Of a stretch of DNA of 64,000 nucleotides, positions 10,847-19,976 are shown piece after piece. This DNA is from a virus (lineage: Duplodnaviria; Caudoviricetes): IMG/VR virus record IMGVR_UViG_3300024322_000001, one strand, 5' to 3'. Within the stretch, counting starts at the first letter, position 1; each line of letters opens with the position of its first letter. A program made the position numbers and the translations under genes. The notes below the pieces were generated by a model. That model searched no databases. It had not been told where the DNA came from and saw only the letters and a program-made list of their open reading frames with translations.

Positions 10847-11554
10847 TTAAGGAGCAGTAATGTCTAATAATCCTAAATCATAGTACTTCTGGTACTTATT
10901 ATAAAATTCTTCTTTCAGTTTAGATATAACACGAGTAAGGTGAGGAGTTTCGCAATCTGTTATTTCCCGTATATAGATGTAAAGAGCTTTCTTTTTAAAT
11001 ATTTGCAGATCGTTTCTAGTTTTAAAAATAGTTAAAACAGCATCTGCTATCTTCTTTTCTTGATCTTTTAAGAAAATACTATCCAACTTCTTATACGTCT
11101 CGTCTACCCAATCATCTATAAAGAAAGCTAATGTCTGTTTATTTATATCTTCTTTTATTTTATTTTCAGGTTCATAGGAATCTTCATAATCTGTAAATGA
11201 TCCTATTTGTTTTAACCTCTTATAGTTTTTATTATTATAATTTATTAACCATCTCTTAACTATCGTTCCAAAGTAGGAATATGCTTTTGCTCCATTATCT
11301 GGGTCAAATTTCATAATCTTTTCTTCTAAGAGAACCGATACTATTTCATGTTTTAAATCTTCTATTTTATCTACATCTGTGTAGTAAAATTTAAAAGTAT
11401 GTATAATATTTTCTGCTAGTTTATAAAAAGGAATATAGATATGATCAGTAAAGATCTTTTTACGGTACTCAATATCTTCTGAGATATTGTACTTCTTTAT
11501 GTATTCTTCTGTTTCGGAAGTAAAATAGTTAGCTTTGCTTTTCTTTCTTGCCAT
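10847..11554 (-). CDS. phage sigma-factor-like protein (candidate late sigma)
   Basis: NYFT..E start, region-2-like EDLKHE....KFDP..GAKAYSYFGTIVKR, C-terminal HTH-like segment. Confidence 0.6.
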   Translation of the reverse strand: MARKKSKANYFTSETEEYIKKYNISEDIEYRKKIFTDHIYIPFYKLAENIIHTFKFYYTDVDKIEDLKHEIVSVLLEEKIMKFDPDNGAKAYSYFGTIVKRWLINYNNKNYKRLKQIGSFTDYEDSYEPENKIKEDINKQTLAFFIDDWVDETYKKLDSIFLKDQEKKIADAVLTIFKTRNDLQIFKKKALYIYIREITDCETPHLTRVISKLKEEFYNKYQKYYDLGLLDITAP

Positions 11555-11849
11555 AGTTTTCGGGGAGCATATACTGCTCTAGCTCAGTTTGTACGTTTTT
11601 CATTTGTTCGAAAAAATAACCGACCTCATCATCTGATTGAAATACCCCTTTCTCATCTAGGCTCTTAAGGTGCTTTTGTGAATCTCCTATTGCATTTGAT
11701 ATTCTCTGTAGATATCCTGCTTGATCAGCAGATATATCTTCATACTTCTCTAATTTAATAAGTAGATTTCTAGTAATATAAGATAAAATAATTATAATTC
11801 CAACTAATACTCCGGAAATTATATAAAATGTTGTAGGATTATACTCCAT
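11529..11849 (-). CDS. membrane-anchored hypothetical protein
   Basis: N-terminal TM helix, D.KG.F.SDDEVGYFF motif. Confidence 0.7.
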   Translation of the reverse strand: MEYNPTTFYIISGVLVGIIIILSYITRNLLIKLEKYEDISADQAGYLQRISNAIGDSQKHLKSLDEKGVFQSDDEVGYFFEQMKNVQTELEQYMLPENYGKKEKQS

Positions 11850-11850
11850 A

Positions 11851-12582
11851 TTATAAGTTTTTTAACATATTAGACAAACCTTCTGATGATTTTACTGATT
11901 TACCTGTTGAAGATGTTGTCTTTGGATGTTTAGGTTTAGAGTTCCCGCCGTTTCTTTTCCATAAGTCGTATTCAACTTTAGAGGCTAAGAAATCGGCGGA
12001 ATGTAATATTGATACTATAGAAGTCTTTTGTCTTGAAGACTCTACATTACTAAAGAAGTATGCTTCGTTTGCTTTATCGAATACTCCATCATGGCATCTA
12101 ATAGCTAAATATTCTTTTTGATCCACTTTTATTCCAAATTTTTGTAGAATAAATAAAGATCTATCTGGGATAAGCATAAAATCTAAATCAGGATTGTAAG
12201 TATACATTTCTGAAAGTTTATCTTGTCTCCATTTATCGGTCTGAGGTATATAATTTGGAGAATCTCCATCTCCTATCTTACCTAAATCATGGAAAAGAGC
12301 TGAAAAGACTAATTGCTCTTCTGTAAAATCTATTTCTCCTCCCATTTCTTTATAGAGTCTCATCTGTTTTATAGCGTACTCCACTACTCTATTAACATGT
12401 TCTACATATCCACCAGCAAAAGCATTATGATACCACGTTTTACCGCTAGCAGGTGCCATTACATAAGTCTCTTCCATGTGTTTAATCATCTCTTTACATG
12501 CTATAGCACGTTTACCTAAGTAGGTTTCGATGATTTTAATGTGTTTATCGTAGTTTTTTTGTATTTGTTCTGCTTCTAACAT
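11851..12582 (-). CDS. HD-domain phosphohydrolase (YhaM-like)
   Basis: PAS...H.AF.GG.VEH, ALFHDLGKIG, AIRCHDG, LHSAD. Confidence 0.85.
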   Translation of the reverse strand: MLEAEQIQKNYDKHIKIIETYLGKRAIACKEMIKHMEETYVMAPASGKTWYHNAFAGGYVEHVNRVVEYAIKQMRLYKEMGGEIDFTEEQLVFSALFHDLGKIGDGDSPNYIPQTDKWRQDKLSEMYTYNPDLDFMLIPDRSLFILQKFGIKVDQKEYLAIRCHDGVFDKANEAYFFSNVESSRQKTSIVSILHSADFLASKVEYDLWKRNGGNSKPKHPKTTSSTGKSVKSSEGLSNMLKNL

Positions 12583-12594
12583 AGTTTACCCCTT

Positions 12595-12696
12595 TTTTAA
12601 TAAAAAATTAATAATAATTAATATAATTAAAATATATATTTATATAAGTATATAAAAAATAATATAAAATAATTAATAATAAAATATATTATATAT
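12595..12696. other. about 100-bp nearly pure A/T intergenic tract
   Basis: only one G/C in about 100 bp. Confidence 0.85.
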
Positions 12697-12727
12697 CGAA
12701 GATAATAAAAATAATTTGAAAAGGCAA

Positions 12728-13360
12728 CTATTCAATGATAAATTTTTCAAAATAACCGTCTTTTATTAGATTTTCTCCAATATCCCATTTTACTTTCATA
12801 AAAATGCTTATAGTATCACCTATCATACTGGGAGGAAATGGTCCAACTGTACGTCTAGATTTATAGTTACCTAAATTATCCTCCGAAAAGTATATCTCTG
12901 TACTCTGAACTACTGGAACTATAGTGCCTTCAAATTGATTTAGGTATATAGTAGTGTTATCATAAGGTATAGGCACCCCATCATACGTCCACAAACCCAG
13001 CCAAGGTTGGTATAAACTTATAGTAAATGCAATAGAATCTTCTAATACAAAATAAGAATCGGTATCAAACTCTGCTCTTACAACAGATATTCCATTATAC
13101 CAATAATCAGGAGAAGTTTTATCTGCATAGACATCTACTGTAAAATACGGGTAATACTCACTACTCCAATCTAGTTCTGCATGGTAATAACCGTTACTAT
13201 CCTTATAAAACATCGACTCTATATAAGCATTACAATCACCACTTTCACACGGGGGTGCAAAGGATTCTTTCTCGCAAGCGGTAAGGGCGGTTAAAATCAA
13301 TAGCGTAGCCGCCGCGCGAAACGCGCGCAAGTTGCACCGCGATTTATTCTTTAATTTCAT
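12728..13360 (-). CDS. putative lipoprotein
   Basis: basic N-terminus, hydrophobic stretch, lipobox LTAC. Confidence 0.7.
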   Translation of the reverse strand: MKLKNKSRCNLRAFRAAATLLILTALTACEKESFAPPCESGDCNAYIESMFYKDSNGYYHAELDWSSEYYPYFTVDVYADKTSPDYWYNGISVVRAEFDTDSYFVLEDSIAFTISLYQPWLGLWTYDGVPIPYDNTTIYLNQFEGTIVPVVQSTEIYFSEDNLGNYKSRRTVGPFPPSMIGDTISIFMKVKWDIGENLIKDGYFEKFIIE

Positions 13361-13829
13361 ATTGTTTACCTATTTCGTTAATAACTTCTTTAGCTCTATC
13401 TAAAGGTACATGGAAAAACTCTTTCTTACCATTAACTCTAAGTTCATCTAATTCATCATGAACTAACTGTTCTACCTCATACCCGTTAACACAAGGGAAG
13501 GCGTACTCCACTATAAAATCAGTAGGAACACCAGTTGCTCTATTTATCTCTTTTACTCTTGCTTCAGGGTCTTGGTTAGTATACCCTATCTTTAACATAT
13601 TAGGCATAGAAGGGTTAGATAAAGCATATACCCATTGAGCGTTAGGCACGTTAGTGGGTATCTGATAAGTTTGTTTCTTATCACTATAGTACGTTACTGA
13701 CTCCCATCCTTCGGATGCTTTCTGAGGATCAATATGTGTAGTAAATGTATAGTATACAGCATTATCCAGATCTTGAGAGACTTTGATTAATCCTTGAGCT
13801 TCTTCAGCACTTATTCTTTTTATTCCCAC
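13344..13829 (-). CDS. T5orf172 / GIY-YIG-like domain protein
   Basis: WVYALSNPSMPNMLKIGYT..PEARVKEI..TGVPT.F...KEFF. Confidence 0.85.
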   Translation of the reverse strand: MGIKRISAEEAQGLIKVSQDLDNAVYYTFTTHIDPQKASEGWESVTYYSDKKQTYQIPTNVPNAQWVYALSNPSMPNMLKIGYTNQDPEARVKEINRATGVPTDFIVEYAFPCVNGYEVEQLVHDELDELRVNGKKEFFHVPLDRAKEVINEIGKQYEIKE

Positions 13830-13831
13830 AA

Positions 13832-14209
13832 CTACGCTACTCTTTTTAAACTTCTATTATCCTCCATGTATTTAGACACCCATCCGTACTTATCAATACT
13901 ATCTTGATAAAACTCATCATCTCCATACATAAAGTATGCATCTGCTTGATCTAACCATCTAAGAGCAGTCTCTTTATCTACACCCATAGACATAACATCC
14001 TCTATAGCCTTATTCTCCATCTCCTTCTCATACGCTACCTCTTCTTCTATAGTAACACATATATCATTCATAAACCTCTCTAACTCTCCAAATGAGAATT
14101 TACTGAAGTTATAACCTCTAGGGCGAATACCGTAAGCATCCTTGTATAGATCACTTACATACATTAAACATTCATTGAAATCTTCTTGACTCTTAATCGA
14201 TATAGACAT
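13832..14209 (-). CDS. early hypothetical protein
   Basis: SDLYKDAYGIRPR motif; early promoter and AAAGGTT leader. Confidence 0.75.
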   Translation of the reverse strand: MSISIKSQEDFNECLMYVSDLYKDAYGIRPRGYNFSKFSFGELERFMNDICVTIEEEVAYEKEMENKAIEDVMSMGVDKETALRWLDQADAYFMYGDDEFYQDSIDKYGWVSKYMEDNRSLKRVA

Positions 14210-14220
14210 AACCTTTATTA

Positions 14221-14261
14221 TTTATATCTAAATATACGAAAAAAAACTATGTTAGGCAACT
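14221..14261 (-). promoter_or_regulatory. early-type promoter (GTTG-N~13-TTC[G/T]TATATTTA); representative of about 19 copies
   Basis: copies at about 12690-12728, 16001-16037, 16481-16518, 20521-20558, 21747-21784, 22706-22744, 24211-24248, 26221-26256, 29706-29743, 30987-31023, 32766-32800, 41630-41662, 48939-48973, 50830-50866, 58911-58942, 59271-59305, 62141-62174; resembles the Bacteroidota -33 TTG / -7 TAnnTTTG consensus. Confidence 0.8.
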
Positions 14262-14276
14262 ATTTTAGTAACTATT

Positions 14277-14750
14277 TTAAAATTTATCTTCGATAGGAAG
14301 TCTTAAGCCTGCTTTTTTTAACTCACACTTTAAGATATACTCATGAGATAGCATATCTAAGAATCTTTTTACCGTAGCACACTGTTCATAGTATTCATTC
14401 TCAATGAAGACATCCATCATTTGTGATAATCTATCATCTACCTCATCCTTATCGAACGATTCTCCTATGGTATATACTGTTTCAAACTTATTGAAATCTA
14501 ATCTATCTAAATACTTACATAGCTTAACAAAATACTGTAGCTGTACCTTATCTCTTACTTCGGCATACTCCTCTCCTTTTTTTCTAGTATATAGGATATC
14601 CATTAAATGCCAATTTTCCACACCTCTAACCACCATCCCTATAAGGACAAAAGGATTATCAAGAAGCTCTTCTACATTGTTCTCCTTATATACCTCTTCA
14701 TCTCCTATATCGAAGATTGAAAACAAAGTATTTTTATCTAATGGTTGCAT
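14277..14750 (-). CDS. hypothetical protein with C-terminal UvrB/C-like motif
   Basis: FIENEYYEQCATVK; late-type motif at 14756-14763. Confidence 0.65.
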   Translation of the reverse strand: MQPLDKNTLFSIFDIGDEEVYKENNVEELLDNPFVLIGMVVRGVENWHLMDILYTRKKGEEYAEVRDKVQLQYFVKLCKYLDRLDFNKFETVYTIGESFDKDEVDDRLSQMMDVFIENEYYEQCATVKRFLDMLSHEYILKCELKKAGLRLPIEDKF

Positions 14751-14856
14751 ACATTAATAAATATCGTGTTAATTCTTACAATATCAAACTTAAATAACAA
14801 AATATACAATAAAACCCATATAGCAAAAAAATTGCCAAAAAATTTCCACGGGGTTT

Positions 14857-14888
14857 CTTGCTTTTTACCCAAAAAGTTCTTATATTAT
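14857..14888 (+). promoter_or_regulatory. early-type promoter on + strand
   Basis: CTTGC-N15-TTCTTATATTA upstream of ATG 14911. Confidence 0.6.
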
Positions 14889-14910
14889 TATATAATACAA
14901 GTTTAAAGAT

Positions 14911-15063
14911 ATGTCGAGATTAGAAGAATTACTCTACTCTGCTGAAGAGCATGGTAAAAGAGAGGCAATTTTACGTAAGGTTACTGAGATTATAAAGGAA
15001 CAACCTGCGATAAAGAGAGAAGATGCCTATGAGAAGGCGTATCAACAAGTAATGAACACGTAA
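14911..15063 (+). CDS. small hypothetical protein (50 aa, not in ORF track)
   Basis: MSRLEELLYSAEEHGKRE...; promoter upstream. Confidence 0.7.
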   Translation: MSRLEELLYSAEEHGKREAILRKVTEIIKEQPAIKREDAYEKAYQQVMNT

Positions 15064-15076
15064 AACATAAGAGTCT

Positions 15077-15262
15077 ATGTTAGAAAGGTATATAAAGATA
15101 CTTACCTGGCTGGTAATAACAATTATATCAGTACTATTGGCATTCTATGTATCATATAATTCGCTATATAAGTTAATTATACTAGGTGTATGGTCTACAC
15201 TATTGACTATATGGGTGATAAAAACACCTTGGCCGGAGGAAAGAGAGGATAACTCTTCATAA
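15077..15262 (+). CDS. small 2-TM membrane protein
   Basis: two hydrophobic helices, follows the 14911 ORF. Confidence 0.6.
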   Translation: MLERYIKILTWLVITIISVLLAFYVSYNSLYKLIILGVWSTLLTIWVIKTPWPEEREDNSS

Positions 15263-15394
15263 CAATATATAAATATATATTACTATAGTTAGAATTCTAT
15301 AAGAATTATGCGAATACGTATGGCAGAATCTTGCAGACTACCAACCGGTAAGGGAACTATACTGTCACTGTTATAGCAGAGTGATATCGACATG

Positions 15395-15435
15395 CCTTCA
15401 CCCGACCGGAAGGACTCCGTCGGGATTTAGGAAGG
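15395..15435. terminator. GC-rich stem-loop between convergent genes
   Basis: CCTTC/GAAGG, CCCGAC/GTCGGG and GGA/TCC nested pairings. Confidence 0.5.
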
Positions 15436-15457
15436 GCTTAGGAAGCAAGGTTAAAGG

Positions 15458-15658
15458 TTAGGTCTTGCTAGTATATTTGGTTACTATTGAATATAGGCCG
15501 TATAGAAAGAAGATGCCTAGTATTACCAGTAGAGTACGTAATGGATATATTAATATCTGATATAGTAGCTCATTGAATAGATATATTAAGCCGTACACTA
15601 TGGCTACACCTATAGTGAGAGTCATCAACCCTATTACTACTTTGAATAGATTACGCAT
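15458..15658 (-). CDS. small 2-TM membrane protein
   Basis: hydrophobic 66 aa, overlaps upstream stop. Confidence 0.6.
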   Translation of the reverse strand: MRNLFKVVIGLMTLTIGVAIVYGLIYLFNELLYQILIYPLRTLLVILGIFFLYGLYSIVTKYTSKT

Positions 15659-15812
15659 ATACTTGTCTTTGACGTTTAATAAAGTAAGTGAGCTTATCTA
15701 GACAATATTCCATTGTACTTAGATCATTGTCACTCTTTGCTTGATCATATCTATCACTCCAGAAGTTGATCTTTGGTTGGTACCCGTAGGTGTATTTGTT
15801 GTTTCGTTTCAT
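15651..15812 (-). CDS. small early protein (53 aa, not in ORF track)
   Basis: MKRNNKYTYGYQPKINFW...; AAAGGTT leader. Confidence 0.65.
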   Translation of the reverse strand: MKRNNKYTYGYQPKINFWSDRYDQAKSDNDLSTMEYCLDKLTYFIKRQRQVYA

Positions 15813-15822
15813 AATATAACCT

Positions 15823-15984
15823 TTATTTATTAATTGTTAATTGTTTAAATTCTAATTGCTTGTGTAATGTAACACAATTAACTATATCATCTAATTCGTC
15901 TTTAGATAGATACTCTAGATCAAATAACTGATTTAACTTACTTACTAATAATAAGTGATTGTTTAATGTTGGATTTACTGTCAT
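15823..15984 (-). CDS. small early protein (53 aa, not in ORF track)
   Basis: MTVNPTLNNHLL...; early promoter plus AAAGGTT-ATG. Confidence 0.65.
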   Translation of the reverse strand: MTVNPTLNNHLLLVSKLNQLFDLEYLSKDELDDIVNCVTLHKQLEFKQLTINK

Positions 15985-16083
15985 AACCTTTATTGCTTTA
16001 TATCTAAATATACGAATAATAATTCAATTAGGCAACTTATTCTCTTATATATAATGAGTATAAATTACCACTATAGGTTTTAC

Positions 16084-16458
16084 CTATACTGTTCCGGCCT
16101 CTGTTCCTATATAGCCAGGTAGCTTCTCTAATGGATTCTCTTCTGGTATCTCTAGACCTATCTTCATCTCATATAGAGGGAAGGTGTAAGTAGTCTTCTG
16201 AGACATCATATCGAATGTATAAGCCTTAGCCGTAGTAGGACCCAAAGAGTCAATATTCATACCACTAAAGGTACTCCAGATACTATATGACATTTTACCA
16301 CCCTTACGGCTACTACTACTATATGCCCTGATAGTATATACATTAGGCTTACCCTTATACCCTTTACCATAAGATACTTCTAATACCTCATTGTCTTTTA
16401 ATGCCTTGATGGCATCCAATACTTTTTTACTTGCTTGTTTCTTTTCTTGATAAGTCAT
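16084..16458 (-). CDS. early hypothetical protein
   Basis: 124 aa; promoter cassette upstream. Confidence 0.75.
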   Translation of the reverse strand: MTYQEKKQASKKVLDAIKALKDNEVLEVSYGKGYKGKPNVYTIRAYSSSSRKGGKMSYSIWSTFSGMNIDSLGPTTAKAYTFDMMSQKTTYTFPLYEMKIGLEIPEENPLEKLPGYIGTEAGTV

Positions 16459-16843
16459 AACCTTTATTTCTTTAACCTTTATACCTAAATATACGAATAA
16501 TTACGCATATAGGCAACTTTTTTAATGGTTTTCTTTGTCGGTCTGGAAGAAATATTTTGCTATATAGAGAAAAAAAGAACCGGGGCACAGGCGTGCCTGA
16601 TGTTTACCTCTCTTATTCCACACATCATATCTACTTTATTCTATACAACCTATATATTTTTATATGATTATTTACTTATATGATTATATGAATATATACA
16701 CTTGGTATTATTAATAGTCTTCATACCAATCTATTGATGTTTACCCTTTATCTACCTTATATAGCTTGTTTCTCTTAAGGTCTTATGGTATGTCCGGTAT
16801 CTATGTATAGCCAAAGTCTTATACTACCTCAGCCACAAAGGCT

Positions 16844-17074
16844 TTAGCCTTCCCCATACGCCCCAGTACCCGGTAGACCCGAATAATGATCCCATTCATA
16901 AGTAGGATTGGTTGGTAGATCATTTGAGACATTCGTCGAAAATGCGCGTGGCGACTTCGTCGGTTGAGAGGAAAGCGCCCCCTCACCCTCCTTCATGCTC
17001 TCACTTGCCGACAACGCCCCTATGTCAAACTCCCATCCCTTCAAAGCTTTTAATAATTTGTTTGTTCTTCTCAT
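16844..17074 (-). CDS. small hypothetical protein spanning a GC-rich repeat
   Basis: 76 aa, ends WDHYSGLP..AY. Confidence 0.5.
   Translation of the reverse strand: MRRTNKLLKALKGWEFDIGALSASESMKEGEGALSSQPTKSPRAFSTNVSNDLPTNPTYEWDHYSGLPGTGAYGEG
16944..16989. repeat. dispersed GC-rich repeat, copy 1
   Basis: GCGCGTGGCGACTTCGTCGGTT (22 bp) identical to 59836-59857; similarity continues about 24 bp further. Confidence 0.9.
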
Positions 17075-17418
17075 ATTGCTATAACTAATTCATATTTTAA
17101 CCAACCAAGTATAAATTCTAAATCACCGTTTAACATTCTACTATATGTAATCTTTATTGAAGGTAGAATATATGCTTGGCCTACTATCTCACTTATGTAT
17201 AATTTCATAACTCTTTATTTTTAATCCTCTACAGCACCACTCTCCTTTGGCGGTGTTATATAATCGTCTATACCATCTTCTAATAGTTCATCATCCATCC
17301 AATCCCATTCTCTTCCGCTATTGATCATATTACTTACTTTCTCCTTTCATATTATAAACACACCATATACTCAATTGTATGAAGTAAATGCTTATAAATA
17401 CTATTTTATCTATATCAC

Positions 17419-17661
17419 TCATAATGGTAAATTAAATCCTATATACATGTATACTGCTATTAGTACTATTAAGAATAACCAATATAGTATCTTCTTAGGA
17501 GTTATATACGGCTTACTTATTAACCATAGCCATCTTTGTTCTCCTTTTGTCTTTTGTCTCTTATGCCATTCTCTGGACTCTATCCATCCTTCTGAGAACC
17601 ACTTTAGCCAAACTACTAGTATTATTATTAACGCTATGCCTATTATTTCTATTGAGCTCAT
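17419..17661 (-). CDS. small 2-TM membrane protein
   Basis: hydrophobic ends, Trp-rich loop. Confidence 0.6.
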   Translation of the reverse strand: MSSIEIIGIALIIILVVWLKWFSEGWIESREWHKRQKTKGEQRWLWLISKPYITPKKILYWLFLIVLIAVYMYIGFNLPL

Positions 17662-17939
17662 AACAATACCTTTACTATAGTACTCTTTGTTACTAAGTCT
17701 ACAAATGCAGTAGGCTCTTCTAAAGCTATCTTATCTCTTACATCTTGTTCAGAATAACCATCTACTAACCACTCTACGTCGTCTACAATTGCTACCCAAT
17801 AATATAAATCGTTTGCTATCTCTTCCATAATTTAAAATTTACCGTGATTACATTTACCCTTCATGTAGTTATCATTAGCTATCTTAATACCTAAGTAAAT
17901 GTCTTTAAAAAATTTCTTTACCCTATTAATCATAATTCT

Positions 17940-18197
17940 CTATTTAACTGTATTCTCTTTTACTATCTTTATAAATGTTTTTAATTGATCTATATCATCG
18001 AAGCATATTGACTCATCTTCAAATACCTCTACAAACCATTTATTATCTATTACTTCTGTATTAGCTGGGCTTATAAGGTTTACTACTCTTTGGTTACCTA
18101 AATCTAAACCATAATAATAGAAAGCTTCATCACCACTCTCTTCTGCGCTTACGTCTACTCTTTCGAATCCTAAATTTATTAAATCTTGTTCTTTCAT
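17940..18197 (-). CDS. hypothetical protein
   Basis: MKEQDLINLGFER..ESGD..FYYY; overlapping start/stop. Confidence 0.75.
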   Translation of the reverse strand: MKEQDLINLGFERVDVSAEESGDEAFYYYGLDLGNQRVVNLISPANTEVIDNKWFVEVFEDESICFDDIDQLKTFIKIVKENTVK

Positions 18198-18421
18198 ATG
18201 TCTAAATCTAAGTTGTTATGTGAAAGTATATCATTTAACTCATCTCTACATTGCACAAATGTATTATAACTCTCTTGTGGCATTTGATCTGATGCGTGTT
18301 TAACTTTATTTCTTAAGAAATGTTTCATATCCCATAATGCACTATACATCTTAGAGGCATCATTAACTAATTGATATTCTGTTTGATCTTCCGGTAAATT
18401 AAATTCTAATATTGCTTTCAT
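18194..18421 (-). CDS. conserved phage hypothetical protein
   Basis: MKAILEFNLPED motif common in phages. Confidence 0.8.
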   Translation of the reverse strand: MKAILEFNLPEDQTEYQLVNDASKMYSALWDMKHFLRNKVKHASDQMPQESYNTFVQCRDELNDILSHNNLDLDI

Positions 18422-18936
18422 ACTTTATTATTTAAATACTTCCATTGCATATAGTCACCATCATTAATCATATAACCCCAATGTAATAAAGATTGCTGTA
18501 TCCTTATACTCACATCCCAATCACCTGTCTCATATAATCTACTATATATTCTTTTTCTCCATCTACCGTTTACACCGCAGAAGTCCTGCCAACGTCTAAT
18601 CTGTCTATCATCATCTGGATGTCTTCTACCCATGCTATATTTACAGTACCATTCAAACCAACCATAAGGATCATCTTCATGCATCCATCCCATCTCTTTC
18701 CAGTACTCATAATCCATTCCGGATCTAATTTTAAACTTATTAACTTTAGGTTTATATTTTTCTCCTAAGTATAAGCTTGTATCTAAACCGTCAAAATGGT
18801 AGTCAAATAACTCTTGATACTCGTAATTAGTATACTCTTCAATAGGGAGACCAAAGTACGAACCTCCGAAAGCTCCTTCATCAATTATCTCTCTAGGAGA
18901 CAACATTGGATAAAAATCTAATTTACTCATAAGCAA
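18418..18936 (-). CDS. conserved Trp-rich hypothetical protein
   Basis: GAFGGSYF, DPYGWFEWYC, GRR..DD.RQI.RW, QSLLHW motifs. Confidence 0.75.
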   Translation of the reverse strand: MLMSKLDFYPMLSPREIIDEGAFGGSYFGLPIEEYTNYEYQELFDYHFDGLDTSLYLGEKYKPKVNKFKIRSGMDYEYWKEMGWMHEDDPYGWFEWYCKYSMGRRHPDDDRQIRRWQDFCGVNGRWRKRIYSRLYETGDWDVSIRIQQSLLHWGYMINDGDYMQWKYLNNKV

Positions 18937-19057
18937 TTTTTTCTATAAAGGTAGATATCATCTATAATGTAATCTGAGTATTTAATAGCTAAGTCATATT
19001 CTTCTCTTATGATTAACTCTTTTACTTCATTTATTCTTTTTATGATATCTTCTCCGC

Positions 19058-19441
19058 TCATACTTTCTTTTTAGATTTAAAGTACTTAATTAAGTAACTA
19101 GCTGTTCTATAGTTAGTAGCTAAAGGTACTTCATGGACGTCAGCTAATCTCATTAACATAGATATATCTACATCGTGAGGATGCTTTCCTAATGGATCTC
19201 TTAAAAATATAATTAAGTCTATCTCTCCTTCAGTAACTAATGCTGCTATTTGAGCATCTCCTCCTAATGGACCTGATTGTACACTAACTACATTGTTTAT
19301 ACCTGCATGCTTAACATGCTTACCTGTAGTTCCTGTAGTAATGATAGTTACATCCTCTCTATTGAAGAAAGGTAACCTCTTTGATACAAAAGCAACCATA
19401 TCGGCTTTCTTGTTATCGTGTGCTATTAATGCTATTTTCAT
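19058..19441 (-). CDS. mgsA: methylglyoxal synthase
   Basis: IALIAHDNKK, TTGTTG, SGPLGGDAQI, DPL..HPHDVDI..L.R, PLATN: all MgsA signature motifs. Confidence 0.95.
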   Translation of the reverse strand: MKIALIAHDNKKADMVAFVSKRLPFFNREDVTIITTGTTGKHVKHAGINNVVSVQSGPLGGDAQIAALVTEGEIDLIIFLRDPLGKHPHDVDISMLMRLADVHEVPLATNYRTASYLIKYFKSKKKV

Positions 19442-19572
19442 AATAAGTTGATTATAAGTAAGTAACCTAAAATTAATACTATTCCAATAATTCCTACTCC
19501 AGCACCAATTGCTGAGTTTTCATATTGCTTATCACTTCTTCCTTGATGATTATTTTTCATATTATTTATTTA

Positions 19573-19746
19573 TTAAGATCCAAATAATTCGTCTATATTT
19601 TTTTGACTAAATCCTACTCCTCTAGATAAAGTTCTTAACATTTCTACAAATTCATCAAATGTAATATCACTATGATCTTTCTCTACTGTGATTTTTTCAT
19701 CCCAATGTTCAACTGTAACTCTAAATGATTTATTTTCTAATGCCAT
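19573..19746 (-). CDS. small hypothetical protein (57 aa, not in ORF track)
   Basis: MALENKSFRVTVEHWDEKITVE...; fills the gap. Confidence 0.6.
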   Translation of the reverse strand: MALENKSFRVTVEHWDEKITVEKDHSDITFDEFVEMLRTLSRGVGFSQKNIDELFGS

Positions 19747-19975
19747 CTTGTTTGTTTTTTAATTGATGTTTTTTTAAATATATTAACGCTGTAAGTTTAT
19801 CATACAATTCCGAAAGTAAAACATTAGTTTCTAACTTTCCATTTATGTAGTTAACCTCACAATATACTTCTAGGAACTGATTAACATATCTTTTTGCTCC
19901 TCTTAATTGTTCTAAAGTTTCACATGAAGTGACTACTTTCTTTGCTTTTTTAAAGCTATCAAATATATGTGCCAT
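19730..19975 (-). CDS. hypothetical protein
   Basis: KKVVTSCETLEQL motif. Confidence 0.7.
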   Translation of the reverse strand: MAHIFDSFKKAKKVVTSCETLEQLRGAKRYVNQFLEVYCEVNYINGKLETNVLLSELYDKLTALIYLKKHQLKNKQDGIRK

Positions 19976-19976
19976 A

